From Amoebidium appalachense (Eukaryota; Protista; Ichthyosporea), in contig CAVNZM010000009.1 in NCBI GenBank assembly GCA_963693365.1, positions 8,723,408-8,787,407 on the forward strand: a DNA stretch of 64,000 bases. The letters are read 5' to 3'. Position numbers and translations under genes: made by a program. The notes beneath the pieces were generated by a model. That model was not told the DNA's origin and searched no databases. It saw only the letters and a list, made by a program, of their open reading frames with translations. Positions within the stretch are counted from its first letter, which is position 1. The number at the start of each line of letters is the position of its first letter. Of this stretch, positions 1 to 13,300 are shown piece by piece.

Positions 1-2609
1 ACAGTCTTACGTTGGGTGTCGCAAGAGCATGTTACGATGTCGTACTCGGGGGGGTTTACGACAACTAATGGTTGTCGAGGACATTCATATGGATATTGTA
101 AACCCATCCATTCGACAGTTGTTTCCGATGTCTTAAGACAGTCTTCCGAGGGGGTGCAGCAAGACCATCTTATGATGTCGTAATCCGGAGGTGTGCACGA
201 CATACAGTGTACATCCAATGTATGGGGTTAGGAGTACCACCATAATATCATCTTACGATGTCGTAATTTGCAGGTGTTTACGACATACACAGTGTATCGT
301 GGACCTTCAAATGGATACTGTAAACCAATCCATTAGGCGGGTTTTCAGACGTCTATTGACAGTCTTACGTTGGGTGTCGCAAGAGCATGTTACGATGTCG
401 TATGCTGGGGGGGTTTACGACAACTAATGGTTGTCGAGGACACTCATAAGGATATTGTAAACCCATCCATTCGACAGTTGTTTCCGATGTCTTAAGACAG
501 TCTTCCGAGGGGGTGCAGCAAGACCATCTTATGATGTCGTAATCCGGAGGTGTGCACGACATACAGTGTACATCCAATGTATGGGGTTAGGAGTACCACC
601 ATAATATCATTCTATGAAAACTACTCCGGGACGTGTGTTGCCTCTAGGGGGACATCCCCTTGGACGAAAGTGAACCTGCAATGGTTGTAAACCACGGCAA
701 GCCCCCAGTCATCAATTTATTGATCCGTGAGGTCCATGTGCCCAAAAAACGGGGGAAGTCTTCGCCCCGTGAAAAAACAGCACGTATGTGTGGATCAATG
801 GGGGTTGAGTGTGGGTGTAGGTGGGTGGGTGAAAAGGAATATATAGCTGTAAGGCTGTGGATGCTAAACACAGAAGATGTGTTTGTAGCTTGCTGATCTG
901 CTAAAAACTGTCGTGCTTATATACCTAAGCCTACCGATCTGAGCCAATCAAAATCGATCTAGTGATATGTGAAATCTGATCCGAGCCAATCATAACTCGG
1001 TCTAGTGATCTGTGGTATCTGATGTTTTGATTGGCTAATTGGTGCCCGTGTGCGGGCAGCCAACCGCTAACTGCTAAAACACGAAAATGAAGCCTACATG
1101 GTTATGTTGGTATCGAACACCCATCCTACGTGTTTACCCAGAAAAATATTTATGTCAATAATTTCCACAAATAAAACCCTTACGATGTCGTAATGTGCAG
1201 GTGTTTACGACCTGGCAGTGTATCGTGGACCTTCAAATGGATACTGTAAACCAATCCATCCGGCGGGGTTTCAGACGTCTATTGACAGTCTCACGTTGGG
1301 TGTCGCAAGAGCATGTTATGATGTCGTATGCTGGGGGGGTTTACGACAACTCATGGTTGTCGAGGACATTCATATGGCTATTGTAAACCCATCCATACGA
1401 CAGTTGTTTCCGATGTCTTAAGACAGTCTTCCGAGGAGGTGCAGCAGGACCATCTTATGATGTCGTAATCCGGAGGTGTGCACGACATCCAGTGTACATC
1501 CAATGTATGGGGTTAGGAGTACCACCATAATATCATCTTACGATGTCGTAATGTGCAGGTGTTTACGACATACACAGTGTATCGTGGACCTTCAAATGGA
1601 TACTGTAAACCAATCCATCCGGCGGGGTTTCAGACGTCTATTGACAGTCTCACGTGGGGTGTCGCAAGAGCACGTTACGATGTCGTATGCTGGGGGGGTT
1701 TACGACAACTAATGGTTGTCGAGGACATTCATATGGATATTGTAAACCCATCCATTCGACAGTTGTTTCCGATGTCTTAAGACAGTCTTCCGAGGGGGTG
1801 CAGCAAGACCATCTTATGATGTCGTAATCCGGAGGTGTGCACGACATACAGTGTACATCCAATGTATGGGGTTAGGAGTACCACCATAATATCATCTTAC
1901 GATGTCGTAATGTGCAGGTGTTTACGACATACACAGTGTATCGTGGACCTTCAAATGGATACTGTAAACCAATCCATCCGGCGGGGTTTCAGACGTCAAT
2001 TGACAGTCTCATGTGGGGTGTCGTAAGAGCATGTTACGATGTCGTACTCAGGTGGGGTTTACGACAACTAATGGTTGTCGAGGACATTCATTTGGATATT
2101 GTAAACCCATCCATTCGACAGTTGTTTCCGATGTCTTAAGACAGTCTTCCGAGGGGGTGCAGCAAGACCATCTTATGATGTCGTAATCCGGAGGTGTGCA
2201 CGACATACAGTGTACATCCAATGTATGGGGTTAGGAGTACCACCATAATATCATCTTACGATGTCGTAATGTGCAGGTGTTTACGACATACACAGTGTAT
2301 CGTGGACCTTCAAATGGATACTGTAAACCAATCCATCCGGCGGGGTTTCAGACGTCTAGTGACAGTCTCACGTGGGGTGTCGTAAGAGCATGTTACGATG
2401 TCGTACTCAGGGGGGGCCGGCGGTTTACGACAACTAATGGTTGTCGAGGACATTCATATGGATATTGTAAACCCATCCATTCGACAGTTATTTCCGACGT
2501 CGTAAGACAGTCTTCCGAGGGGGTGCAGCAAGACCATCTTATGATGTCGTAATCCGGAGGTGTGTACGACATCCAGTGTACATCCAATGTATGGGGTTAG
2601 GAGTACCAC
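1..2609. repeat. 359-bp tandem satellite (about 5.7 units, runs off the left edge), interrupted by a 568-bp insert at 611-1178
   Basis: The marker CCGGAGGTGTG recurs at 185, 544, 1470, 1829, 2188 and 2554 (period 359; last unit 366). Units are near-identical and carry palindromes TTACGA-TG-TCGTAA and many ACGACA/TGTCGT cores in both orientations. Confidence 0.95.
611..1178. other. Unique 568-bp insertion into a satellite unit, with no TSD or TIR
   Basis: The unit sequence ...ATAATATCAT|CTTACGATGTCG is split exactly (ends 610, resumes 1179) with no duplication or loss. The insert holds several CCAAT/ATTGG boxes and a minus-strand TATATAA. Confidence 0.8.
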
Positions 2610-2965
2610 GAAAGTTGTGGTTGCTGTAAACCCATCCATAGGTGTGGTTAGGGTTATACATTGGGCTGTCCCAATACTGTCGGTCATCCCTAAAGGGGTC
2701 GTAAACCACTCCGCCGACGGTCTACGACGTCGTCGACGGGTTTGGAGGTTTTTCCTTCATATAGCGTAAACCCATCCATTAGACAGTCCTAAACCAGTGC
2801 CAACCCATCGACGAGGTCTTCGGTGGGGTTACGAGGGGGGGGGGGAGATTGCTGATGTGAATGCAAATAATACCTGAGTGTAATATACACACACAAACAC
2901 ACACACCCGTACACACACACACACCCCACCCCCCACCCCTCCAACCTCCCCACCCCACCCCCTCC

Positions 2966-3304
2966 CCGACCCACCCCACACACATGCACAAAAGCACTGC
3001 CCACATGCACTACACACATGCAAAGTGTGTGAATGTAATCAAGTTGCAAGGCAAGTAATCACCGACCCACCCCACACACATGCACAAAAGCACTGCCCAT
3101 ATGCACTACACACATGCAAAAGCACTGCAAAAATCACCGACCCACCCCACACACATGCACAAAAGCACTGCCCATATGCACACACATGCAAAAGCACTGC
3201 AAAAATCACCGACCCACCCCACACACATGCACAAAAGCACTGCCCATATGCACACACATGCAAAAGCACTGCAAAAATCACCGACCCACCCCACACACAT
3301 GCAC
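2966..3304. repeat. 72-bp minisatellite (about 4 copies)
   Basis: Unit ATCACCGACCCACCCCACACACATGCACAAAAGCACTGCCCATATGCACACACATGCAAAAGCACTGCAAAA is repeated; the 24-aa periodicity shows in the ORF track. Confidence 0.9.
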
Positions 3305-3307
3305 CAG

Positions 3308-4245
<938 letters not shown>

Positions 4246-4518
4246 TAGCGAATCAAAAATCTGCTTATCAAATGTCAAATCTGAGCCAATCAGATCGTGC
4301 GCCAGTTCGTTTTGGGATGGCCGGATATCGGCCAACAATTACACCATCTGCTTGATGGCTGTGGGCATCACATGCCATACCAGTGCTTTCACACCATCTC
4401 CAATCAGATGGCGCTCTGCTCGGGTCGCGCTAAAAAATAGAATACAAAAGAAAACAACAGCCACAACTTGCCTCGCTCTTTCTTTCCTCCTCCTCAGCGA
4501 AAACCGTGACATAACAAA

Positions 4519-5901
4519 ATGGGCCAGGAATACTCCGTAGCGCTCCTCCCCACAGAAGTTATTCACACCATTTTCGAGTTCCTTGACTACGAGTCTCGCA
4601 TGAACGCGTCGATGGTAAACAAGGCAAGCCGTGCCAAGGTGATGGAGTTGGCCACACAAGCAGTAACCAGCCCGTTTTACGTCAACATTGGCTCGTTCGA
4701 CCCGGACGGTGCCCGCGTGAAGTTTGTGCAGAGAGCGAAAATGGCGGCGGTCTCCGTGTGGCTGGACGAGCTCAAGAGGGTACCGGATACACCCGTGTTT
4801 GACAAAATCAAGGCCCTAAAACTCGTTCCGCGCATACCGGCGGGCGAAGGGGTACTGACCCCGTTCACTCTGGGTAGGATGGCGGCGTTCCCAAACCTTA
4901 CAGAACTCGTGGCAACTGACCCCGTCGATCTCTGGAATAAACATGCCAGTGACTCAGTCTGTTACTTCCCCGCATGGGGTATCAACTTCAGGCGAATGGC
5001 AAACATGGTGTGCCTCAGAAACCTGGTCAAGATAGACGCATTCTTTATGCGTCCGGACATCAATGAGCACGTACTCCCCACACACGTCTGGGATTTTTCA
5101 GTGTTCAGCCAACTGAAAACACTAGACGTCCAACTCTACCACCAGGTGTTTAGGTTTCACATAAGACACAACACCACGCTTCTGCTTCCCCCGTCATTGC
5201 AGGTTCTCGAAGTGACATACCGTCCCGAGGACGAGCATATGAACGGTTACCTCGACGAGGAAACAATCGTGCACACCATTCGGGGTCTCGAAGCATGTAC
5301 CGGCATTGAAGAGGTCAAAATCGGCGCATACGGCGATGTGGTTTTTGACACAATATCAGGGGCTCGTGTTGTTGTGTTGGAAGAAGGGAAATTATTCACC
5401 GGCAAAATCGAGAACACTGACTATGTGAATCTCGGAGGTGATAGCCTGAGACAGGGGCGCGGTGGGCAGCGGACTTTGTGCGATATCAAGACGTTCGTAT
5501 GCACCATGCCGTACTCAGTATGGACTTTTGAGGGCGGGCACCGGATGCCACAAGTCGTGCGAGCCACCGTTCCTCGTGTACTCACGGAGCTGCCCAAGTA
5601 TGCGTACTCGGTGCGCATACTCGAGGTGTTCCAAAATCACGACGTGGATTTAGACCACGACCACGACGAATACATCAATGCGTCGTTTGACATTCCACCT
5701 CACGTGAAAAAGCTGAAAATAAACACACTTTCAACAGTGAGGCTCCGGGGGGACCTCCAACGGTTGTCACCCGACATCCGGGTTGTGTGCGAGGACATTT
5801 CCGGCAGTGTATACATCAACGACCGTCTGGTCCTGCCACCCATCGCAGACAAACTGAAAACCACACTGGGAGAGCTCGTTGCTCTCCACCACATAGGCTA
5901 G
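4519..5901 (+). CDS. Intronless F-box protein with a degenerate LRR-like C-terminal region (460 aa)
   Basis: N-terminal LLPTEVIHTIFEFLDYESRMNASMVNK fits the F-box consensus LPxExxxxIFxxL...xxVxK. LRR-like segments follow (FPNLTEL, LRNLVKI, FSQLKTLDV, LPPSLQVLEV, IPPHVKKLKI). It is a long, complex, uninterrupted ORF. Confidence 0.8.
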   Translation: MGQEYSVALLPTEVIHTIFEFLDYESRMNASMVNKASRAKVMELATQAVTSPFYVNIGSFDPDGARVKFVQRAKMAAVSVWLDELKRVPDTPVFDKIKALKLVPRIPAGEGVLTPFTLGRMAAFPNLTELVATDPVDLWNKHASDSVCYFPAWGINFRRMANMVCLRNLVKIDAFFMRPDINEHVLPTHVWDFSVFSQLKTLDVQLYHQVFRFHIRHNTTLLLPPSLQVLEVTYRPEDEHMNGYLDEETIVHTIRGLEACTGIEEVKIGAYGDVVFDTISGARVVVLEEGKLFTGKIENTDYVNLGGDSLRQGRGGQRTLCDIKTFVCTMPYSVWTFEGGHRMPQVVRATVPRVLTELPKYAYSVRILEVFQNHDVDLDHDHDEYINASFDIPPHVKKLKINTLSTVRLRGDLQRLSPDIRVVCEDISGSVYINDRLVLPPIADKLKTTLGELVALHHIG

Positions 5902-6132
5902 GACAATGGTGGGGATGGACAACATGATCGTATTTGTGTATTGGGTGTGAATGTAATAGGAGTGTGAATGCAAATAATAATCAAGTAATAATATCCTTGT
6001 GTGTGTGAATGCAAATAATAGTGTGAATGCAAAATAATCAATTGCAAGTAATAAGTGTGAATGCAAAATAATCAAGTTGCAAGTAATAACCTTGTGTGTG
6101 TGCGAATGCAAATAATAAAACATGGGAGGTTT

Positions 6133-6357
6133 TTACCACCACCACGCCCCACCCCCACCCCCATGCACAAAAGCACTGCCTCTGCAAGTAAGCCCCTCCC
6201 CCCTCCCTCCCCCCCCCTCTCTGTTGGACATTGTGTTCATAGAAGCTAGTTCTAGTGCACGTTGTTCCTTCTGTAAGTCAGAAATGATTGCATCTTGTGA
6301 GGCCAACCTCTGCTCCAGTAGTTGGACTAGTTGCTGCAACTGTAAGTTGTCAGACAT
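6133..6357 (-). CDS. Short coiled-coil ORF, convergent with the F-box gene (function unknown; 3' end uncertain)
   Basis: MSDNLQLQQLVQLLEQRLASQDAIISDLQKEQRALELAS shows heptad periodicity. A minus-strand TATATAAA lies at 6470-6477, about 115 bp upstream. Confidence 0.4.
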   Translation of the reverse strand: MSDNLQLQQLVQLLEQRLASQDAIISDLQKEQRALELASMNTMSNREGGGGRGEGLTCRGSAFVHGGGGGAWWW

Positions 6358-7036
6358 AGTGTCGTGTATGATGGGTAACTAGTCTATGTGTTTTGTGCAC
6401 TGGAAACGACAGTAGAAAAGTGTAAATCAAACGTTCTGCTTCCCATGTTTGTGACATGGGAGGCACTGCTTTATATAGTCGTTGGCCACCTCATGGTGGC
6501 CTCGTGTGCACCCTGGTGGTGGGCCATGTACAGCATGGCCGAAAAGAGAGCACAATGAAAACAAGTCGTTAAAGATATAAAAGTTAACTGTGCACGTTGA
6601 GTGGCTAGTTAACTTGCACTAAAGCACACAAATAAACGTGTTTAACACACCAATTGCAGTTAAACGTAAATCTTGCTTCACACAACTAAAAATATTCTGA
6701 GAATATCCGGGAATAAAGCACACTACCACTCTAAGAATAGAATCCTGTGGCAAATATAGACATGACATCATCTGAACCGGGAATATTAATTAATGAGCAC
6801 AATTAGCACGTTGCTAGTGAAGCTCGTCATTGGTACAGTTTTGGCTCAAACATATAACTACCATATATGAATATGACCGTAAACAAAAGCTCTATGCACT
6901 CGAGTGAGTGTTGAAACAGTTATTCAATTGCTCAGAAACTTTCTCTAACAGACATTGCTAGCCGGGAGTACCAGTGTACTCCAACACTCTCTCCCCTCCC
7001 CGGTCAGATAATGCTTCCGTGCAAAACATGCTAAGT

Positions 7037-7960
7037 CCCCCCAGCACACCAGCACACCAGCACCCCAGCTCCCCTGCCTCCCAGCTCCCGTGCACGCGGA
7101 ACCACCCCCCCGGGCAGTGGCAGTAGTGCACACAGACACTGTGGGTGGCCCGCCAGCCTCCCCAGCACACCAGCCCGCCAGCCTCCCCAGCGCCCCAGCC
7201 CCCCCGCCCCCCAGCACCCGTGCCTCCCGGAACCATCCCCCCGGGCAGTGGCAGTAGTGCACACAGACACTGTGAGTGGCCCCCCAGCACCCCAGCACCC
7301 CAGCACCCCAGCACCCCAGCACCCCAGCACCCCAGCCTCCCCCGCCCCCCAGCTCCCCGCCCCCCAGCACCCGTGCCTCCCGGAACCACGCCCGGACAGT
7401 GGCAGTCAGTCTTATACATATAGACAGTAGTGCACACACACATCCCACTAACACTGTGGGTGGCTCCCCAGCACCCCAGCACACCAGCACCCCAGCTCCC
7501 CTGCCTCCCAGCTCCCGTGCACGCGGAACCACCCCCCCGGGCAGTGGCAGTAGTGCACACAGACACTGTGGGTGGCCCGCCAGCCTCCCCAGCACACCAG
7601 CCCGCCAGCCTCCCCAGCACCCCAGCCCCCCAGCACCCCAGCACCCCCGCCCCCCAGCACCCGTGCCTCCCGGAACCACGCCCGGGCAGTGGCAGTAGTG
7701 CACGCCAGCACCCCAGCTCCCCTGCCTCCCAGCTCCCGTGCACGCGGAACCACCCCCCGCCCCGGGCAGTGGCAGTAGTGCACACAGACACTGTGAGTGG
7801 CCCGCCAGCCTCCCCAGCCTCCCCAGCTCCCCAGCTCACCAGCACGCCAGCACACCAGCACACCGGCACACCAGCACGCCAGCACACCAGCACACCTGCC
7901 TCCTTTGCCTCCTTTGCCTCCCGTGCACGCGGAACCAGCCCCCCGGGCAGTGGCAGTTAG
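7037..7960. repeat. GC-rich compound minisatellite ((CCCCAGCA)n and ~120-bp GGGCAGTGGCAGTAGTGCAC units)
   Basis: GGGCAGTGGCAGT recurs about 7 times, with CCCCAGCA/CCAGCACA arrays between; the strand bias is strongly C-rich. Confidence 0.9.
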
Positions 7961-7987
7961 TGTTATACACATAGACATCCATGGCCA

Positions 7988-8283
7988 GATGGCCAGATCT
8001 TTTAGCGGTCAGGTGAAAAATTAAAATTTTAAAATAAAGAAACGCCGATCACCGTCCCGAATCTGGCCATGTGGGTAATAGAAAACCGTTTTCGGTAATA
8101 ATATCGGATAATAGGTTGTTTGGTGTGACTCAATGGCCAGATGGGCGGATGGCCAGATCTTTTAGCGGTCAGGTAAAAAATTAAAGTTTTAAAATAAAAA
8201 AACGCCGATCACCGTCCCGGATCTGGCCATGTGGGTAATAGAAAACCGTTTTCGGTAATAATATCGGAGAATAGGTTGATTGG
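7988..8283. repeat. ~160-bp direct tandem duplication
   Basis: GATGGCCAGATCTTTTAGCGGTCAGG...GGTAATAATATCGGA occurs at about 7988-8123 and 8148-8283. Confidence 0.9.
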
Positions 8284-8520
8284 TTGAAAGAAAAGGGTTA
8301 TCGTGATAGAAACGATATTGGCCCAGGCGTGATCTACTCAAAAGCATCAACCAAATATGGCTTACCTCCAAGATTCGGGTCATCTGATTGGCCTCACTTT
8401 CCGAAAGGGCTATGGCCCATAGTGTAAGGGCTGCCCTCACCCGATCGCCGGGGACCGAAATTCAAATATAAGGGCTCTTAGGCGCATGTTTCACTCGTTT
8501 TTTTACTTAGAAACTAACTT

Positions 8521-8718
8521 GGGGGTTTACGCTGTTTACTCGAGGCAAAGAGAACCAGTCTCAGGTATGGGGGGGGGGGGGGTTTGCTCGGAATATCCCC
8601 TCAGCGGTATATCATGATCACGTACATAGATGTCGGGTGGTGACTATATATCAGGGTTTACTTTCTCTACGAGACACCATAAAGACTACAAGGAGAAATC
8701 AATTAGTTGGGGTTCCCC

Positions 8719-8773
<55 letters not shown>

Positions 8774-8805
8774 GGGCTCCCCTCGGGACACTCGGTATCA
8801 GCTGG

Positions 8806-8846
<41 letters not shown>

Positions 8847-9384
8847 TGTGTGTGTGTGCGCGTGCGCTATAATTTTGTAGTGATGTGTTTCTCAAGCCAA
8901 TCAATACATCTAATAAACAGGTCGTAGTTACGCGTGTTTAGTATAAAATCAAGGATGTTGTAATTTACAGGTAGGCTATCTTTCTGGGTGTCTGTTGTGA
9001 ATGTGACGTGTGTGTGTTGCGGTATTATGTGGTCTATCAAACTACATTTGGCGATACATGACCGGTTAAACTGGTGTGTGTGTGTGTTGTTTGGGCATGC
9101 AAATGATGCCACCTTATACTTATTAGATCTCCACTGTATAGCACGTGTACAGTAAAAGCGTGGTAATTGATCAATAATACCATCAGCTAGAGAAAGACCA
9201 GTTCTACAGGAAGGTAATATGTATTTAGGTGTTATACACTTGCGAGTGCCATATTTGGCAATATGGTTGAGGCGGTCAGTATATATAAAACGAGACATAA
9301 GGCTTAGTTTTTCAAGGTGTATGCTTTCATCGGGTCTAGTGTCGTGTGGTATCTTTTTCCATTTGTTATATTGCGTGATTATCT
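8521..9384 (-). mobile_element. 5'-truncated copy of the LINE (ORF2 C-terminus plus 3' UTR) with a 7-bp TSD
   Basis: Essentially identical to 10019-10866. TSD CTAACTT at 8514-8520 and 9383-9389. Confidence 0.95.
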
Positions 9385-10277
9385 AACTTTGTTTCATTAC
9401 GAAAAGTTGTCGGAAATCATTAAAAAACGCGTAATAATGACATAGGGCGTCGGGGATGTCCGACGCTCCCTTCATCATCAAAATTGGCCAAATTCCGTCC
9501 GGTTAAGCCTCCGACTGTCATGGCCTTGGCCTTGGCCGATCGTCTATGACAAAATCATAGTTTTTTTAGTTTTCACCATTATATAAGCGGCGGACACCCC
9601 ATGTTGCTTATACAATAAATGTGTGTCGCGTTATGTATAAAATATTATTTAGTTGACCAAAACCTGTTTTAATTCATATTATAAACTTTGATCATTTAAA
9701 GCGTCATTTGGTATAGCCTATGAGTATGTAGCCCTTCTCCCACCCTTCATTACGTCATCGCATTTTTGGAGCGAAGCAAAACATAAGAAAATTTACATAG
9801 GCAATCCGAATTAGTTTCAGTTAGGTATTATCTTAGTCCTGAATGACCCCTGTTGATCACTGTAGGGCACTAGTGATGGGCCCCCCGGCGCCCCGCCCTG
9901 CGGCCCTCCGCGCCTCACGTGCACACGCCGTGACCCACATGTGTGCACACTACATGCCGTTGGTATATACCTCGAGCTCCCAGCCATCATGTGACACCAT
10001 CTTGAGGGAAATATGATAGGGGGTTTACGCTGTTTACTCGAGGCAAAGAGAACCAGTCTCAGGTATGGGGGGGGGGGTTTTGCTCGGAATATCCCCTCAG
10101 CGGTATATCATGATCACGTACATAGATGTCGGGTGGTGACTATATATCAGGGTTTACTTTCTCTACGAGACACCATAAAGACTACAAGGAGAAATCAATT
10201 AGTTGGGGTTCCCCTTTTTTTTTTTTTTTTTTTTTTTTTTAAAGGGGGCTCCCCTCGGGACACTCGGTATCAGCTGG

Positions 10278-10344
<67 letters not shown>

Positions 10345-10348
10345 TGCG

Positions 10349-13300
10349 CTATAATTTTGTAGTGATGTGTTTCTCAAGCCAATCAATACATCTAATAAAC
10401 AGGTCGTAGTTACGCGTGTTTAGTATAAAATCAAGGATGTTGTAATTTACAGGTAGGCTATCTTTCTGGGTGTCTGTTGTGAATGTGACGTGTGTGTGTT
10501 GCGGTATTATGTGGTCTATCAAACTACATTTGGCGATACATGACCGGTTAAACTGGTGTGTGTGTGTGTTGTTTGGGCATGCAAATGATGCCACCTTATA
10601 CTTATTAGATCTCCACTGTATAGCACGTGTACAGTAAAAGCGTGGTAATTGATCAATAATACCATCAGCTAGAGAAAGACCAGTTCTACAGGAAGGTAAT
10701 ATGTATTTAGGTGTTATACACTTGCGAGTGCCATATTTGGCAATATGGTTGAGGCGGTCAGTATATATAAAACGAGACATAAGGCTTAGTTTTTCAAGGT
10801 GTATGCTTTCATCGGGTCTAGTGTCGTGTGGTATCTTTTTCCATTTGTTATATTGCGTGATTATCTTGTGATTGTGTACATGTTTAATAAGTAAGTGGCA
10901 GTCCAAAGTCACACACACACTATTGCGGGGTTTATTTGTATTTGTGCCCAGGGGAGAAGGGGAGAGAGAGGGGAGGAAAGAGGGGAGAGGTGAGGAGGGG
11001 ACAGGTCGGATAGAGAAGAGAGGGTGGGAGGGCAAATACTTCTTTAAGCGGCTTATGTGCTTATTGAATTTCAGCGCGAGATAGGATACTCTAGCAGCTA
11101 TTGGGACCAGACCATATATCGAGAGCGTTACAGGCCCAGGTTTACAACAGTTGTTAGATAGAAAGGAGGCAACTTCTGCTTCAAGGAAATTTGCCAAGGG
11201 TTTAAGCGCTCTAGTTCTCTCTTTCTTGATCCAAGCGGCGAGAAGGGGTAAACCATATTCACATGCCGGGAAGACAAAAGTGCGAATAAATGTAAGTCTA
11301 ATAGAAGGATGGAGGGGTGTGTCTTTAAAAATATTAGCCGAGAAGAAAGCTAACCGCTTACGAGCCAACTCTACCCTCTTTTCGACCATATGGGGAAACA
11401 TAACACCAACAGAATCAACCGGAACACCAAGATATTTGTATTCTGGAACTATAGGTACAGGTTTAGATGATAATGTAAATGTGTGTAAATTGTTAGCTAT
11501 ATCAGGTACAAGAACACCACATTTGTCTATGTTAAGGATCATAAGGTTTGCCTTGCACCACTCTGACACTACATCGAACAATCTTTGCAGGCGTCTAGGG
11601 GTACGGGCAAGGAGGGACAGATCATCAGCATAGAGAAGTGCAGGCGGAAAGTTATTAATAGGGTCATCGTTTTCGGCGTAAATCTTGACAGCCAAATCAT
11701 CTATAAATAGGTTAAACAAAAAGGGGCTAAGCAATGAACCCTGCAAGAGACCTCTAGTACGAGCAAAACCATATGAAAGATGCCCATTAACCACAGCTCT
11801 ACCATAGGTTTGAGACAAGAGTGCTTCTAACAGAACACCAATGCAGTGTGGTACACCCCCGTGCAGCAAGCTTTTCCCATAGGAGACCAGGGGAGACAGA
11901 ATCGTAAGCAGTTTTCCAATCAATAAAGCCAACATATTGTGCACCAACTTGCATAGAATCGTGCAGTGCCATTATTTGAACATAACATGAATTGTTTTTT
12001 TACGAAAAGCGGATTGGCATGGGTGTATGTGAAGAATAGATTGAAACCTAGGGTGATGTGCAAATAACCTAAGTAAGCAAGCTTCAAAGAATCTACGAAC
12101 AACCTGGGTTAGTGTAATGGGGCGAAAGGATGATATGGGGCCCTCAGAGTCCTTCTTAACTATGGGGATCACTAAGGTATCTAACCAAGATGACGGGACA
12201 TGTCCACATTTAACACACCAAGAAAAGAGAGAGCTTAACATGATAGTAAGATCAGGTTTAATAGCACGATCACTTTCCTTTTGTGGGTAGGAGGGAACAA
12301 GGATTTTAAGAAACCCAGCAGGGAGTCCATCAGGTCCACAAGACTTACTAGAGCTATAACTAGATATCACAGACCATATGGCATCGGGACTGAAAAAGGG
12401 GAGGATCGATTCTATGGGGATAGATGGGTCTACAGGCCACACAATAGGTTTCTGAGCGGGGGTCCTATCTTTAAACAGTTCCGAGAAATACTTATCAGAG
12501 TCTATGAGGGGGTCTCCAGTGGTATCACCAATAATACGAGCAGGGGGGCCAAATCGATTCATACTAGCAAGCCGGCGCAAGCTTTCCTTTTGAGACAGGG
12601 GTTCACCTAGTCTAGCGGGAGTGGTGTTTGGTAACAAGAGAGCATCGGGATATTCCTTCCTACCACCGCCAGCATAATCACCGAGATCTATCAAATCATC
12701 AACAATAAAGTTAGTGCATGTATCTAGTACGAGATGTGAATCTGGCCTGGCTTGTGCAGATTCTAATAGGCGCATATATATAGGGTGTTTCGTAGCATAG
12801 CATACACATACATCAACTCTACCCCACTGTGACTTAAGCTGGGATAGACGGAGGCGAAAGGTGGGAGGGGGAGGGGGGAGCAGATCAAGGGAGATCTTAG
12901 GTAGGAAAAGGATAGGAGAGTGGTCAGATGACCTAGAGAGGTTAGGAGGGAGAGAGAGTTTTGACATGGTTGATGGCCAAAAGGCCACTCCCCAGTCGGT
13001 GTTGTGGGCATGGGATATTTGAGGGAACCGCAAAGTGTGACTTTGGACATACCTTGCTAAAGGGATAGCACGCTCCGGGGGCTTAGATGGGTACCCGACA
13101 CTCACTTGCAGTGTGTCTGTGTGGTGGAGTCGCGTGTTAAAATCACCTAAAATAACAGTGGACATTGGTAACTGTGACAACTCGTGAGTCAATTCGACAA
13201 CCGACATAGATGGTGGGTAATATACAAAAGTAAAAACATTAGAAAGAAACTCTATAGAAACCGAGAATTCCGTTTTTGCTACCGGTTTGCACTTCACTCT

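Noticed and set aside
2646-2656. Telomere-like GGTTAGGGTTA and GGGTTTA motifs
   Set aside because: Only 1-2 units; there is no tandem telomeric array.
191-2769. Repeated 60-90-aa ORFs in the satellite
   Set aside because: They are translations of the repeat unit with inconsistent stops between copies and no domain signal.
6945-8024. Long G/A/P/W-rich ORFs in all six frames
   Set aside because: They are stop-free because of the GC-rich minisatellite, not because they code.
9858-9875. CACTGTAGGGCACTAGTG as a CACTA or hAT terminus closing the left repeat block
   Set aside because: No matching partner TIR or TSD was found in the window.
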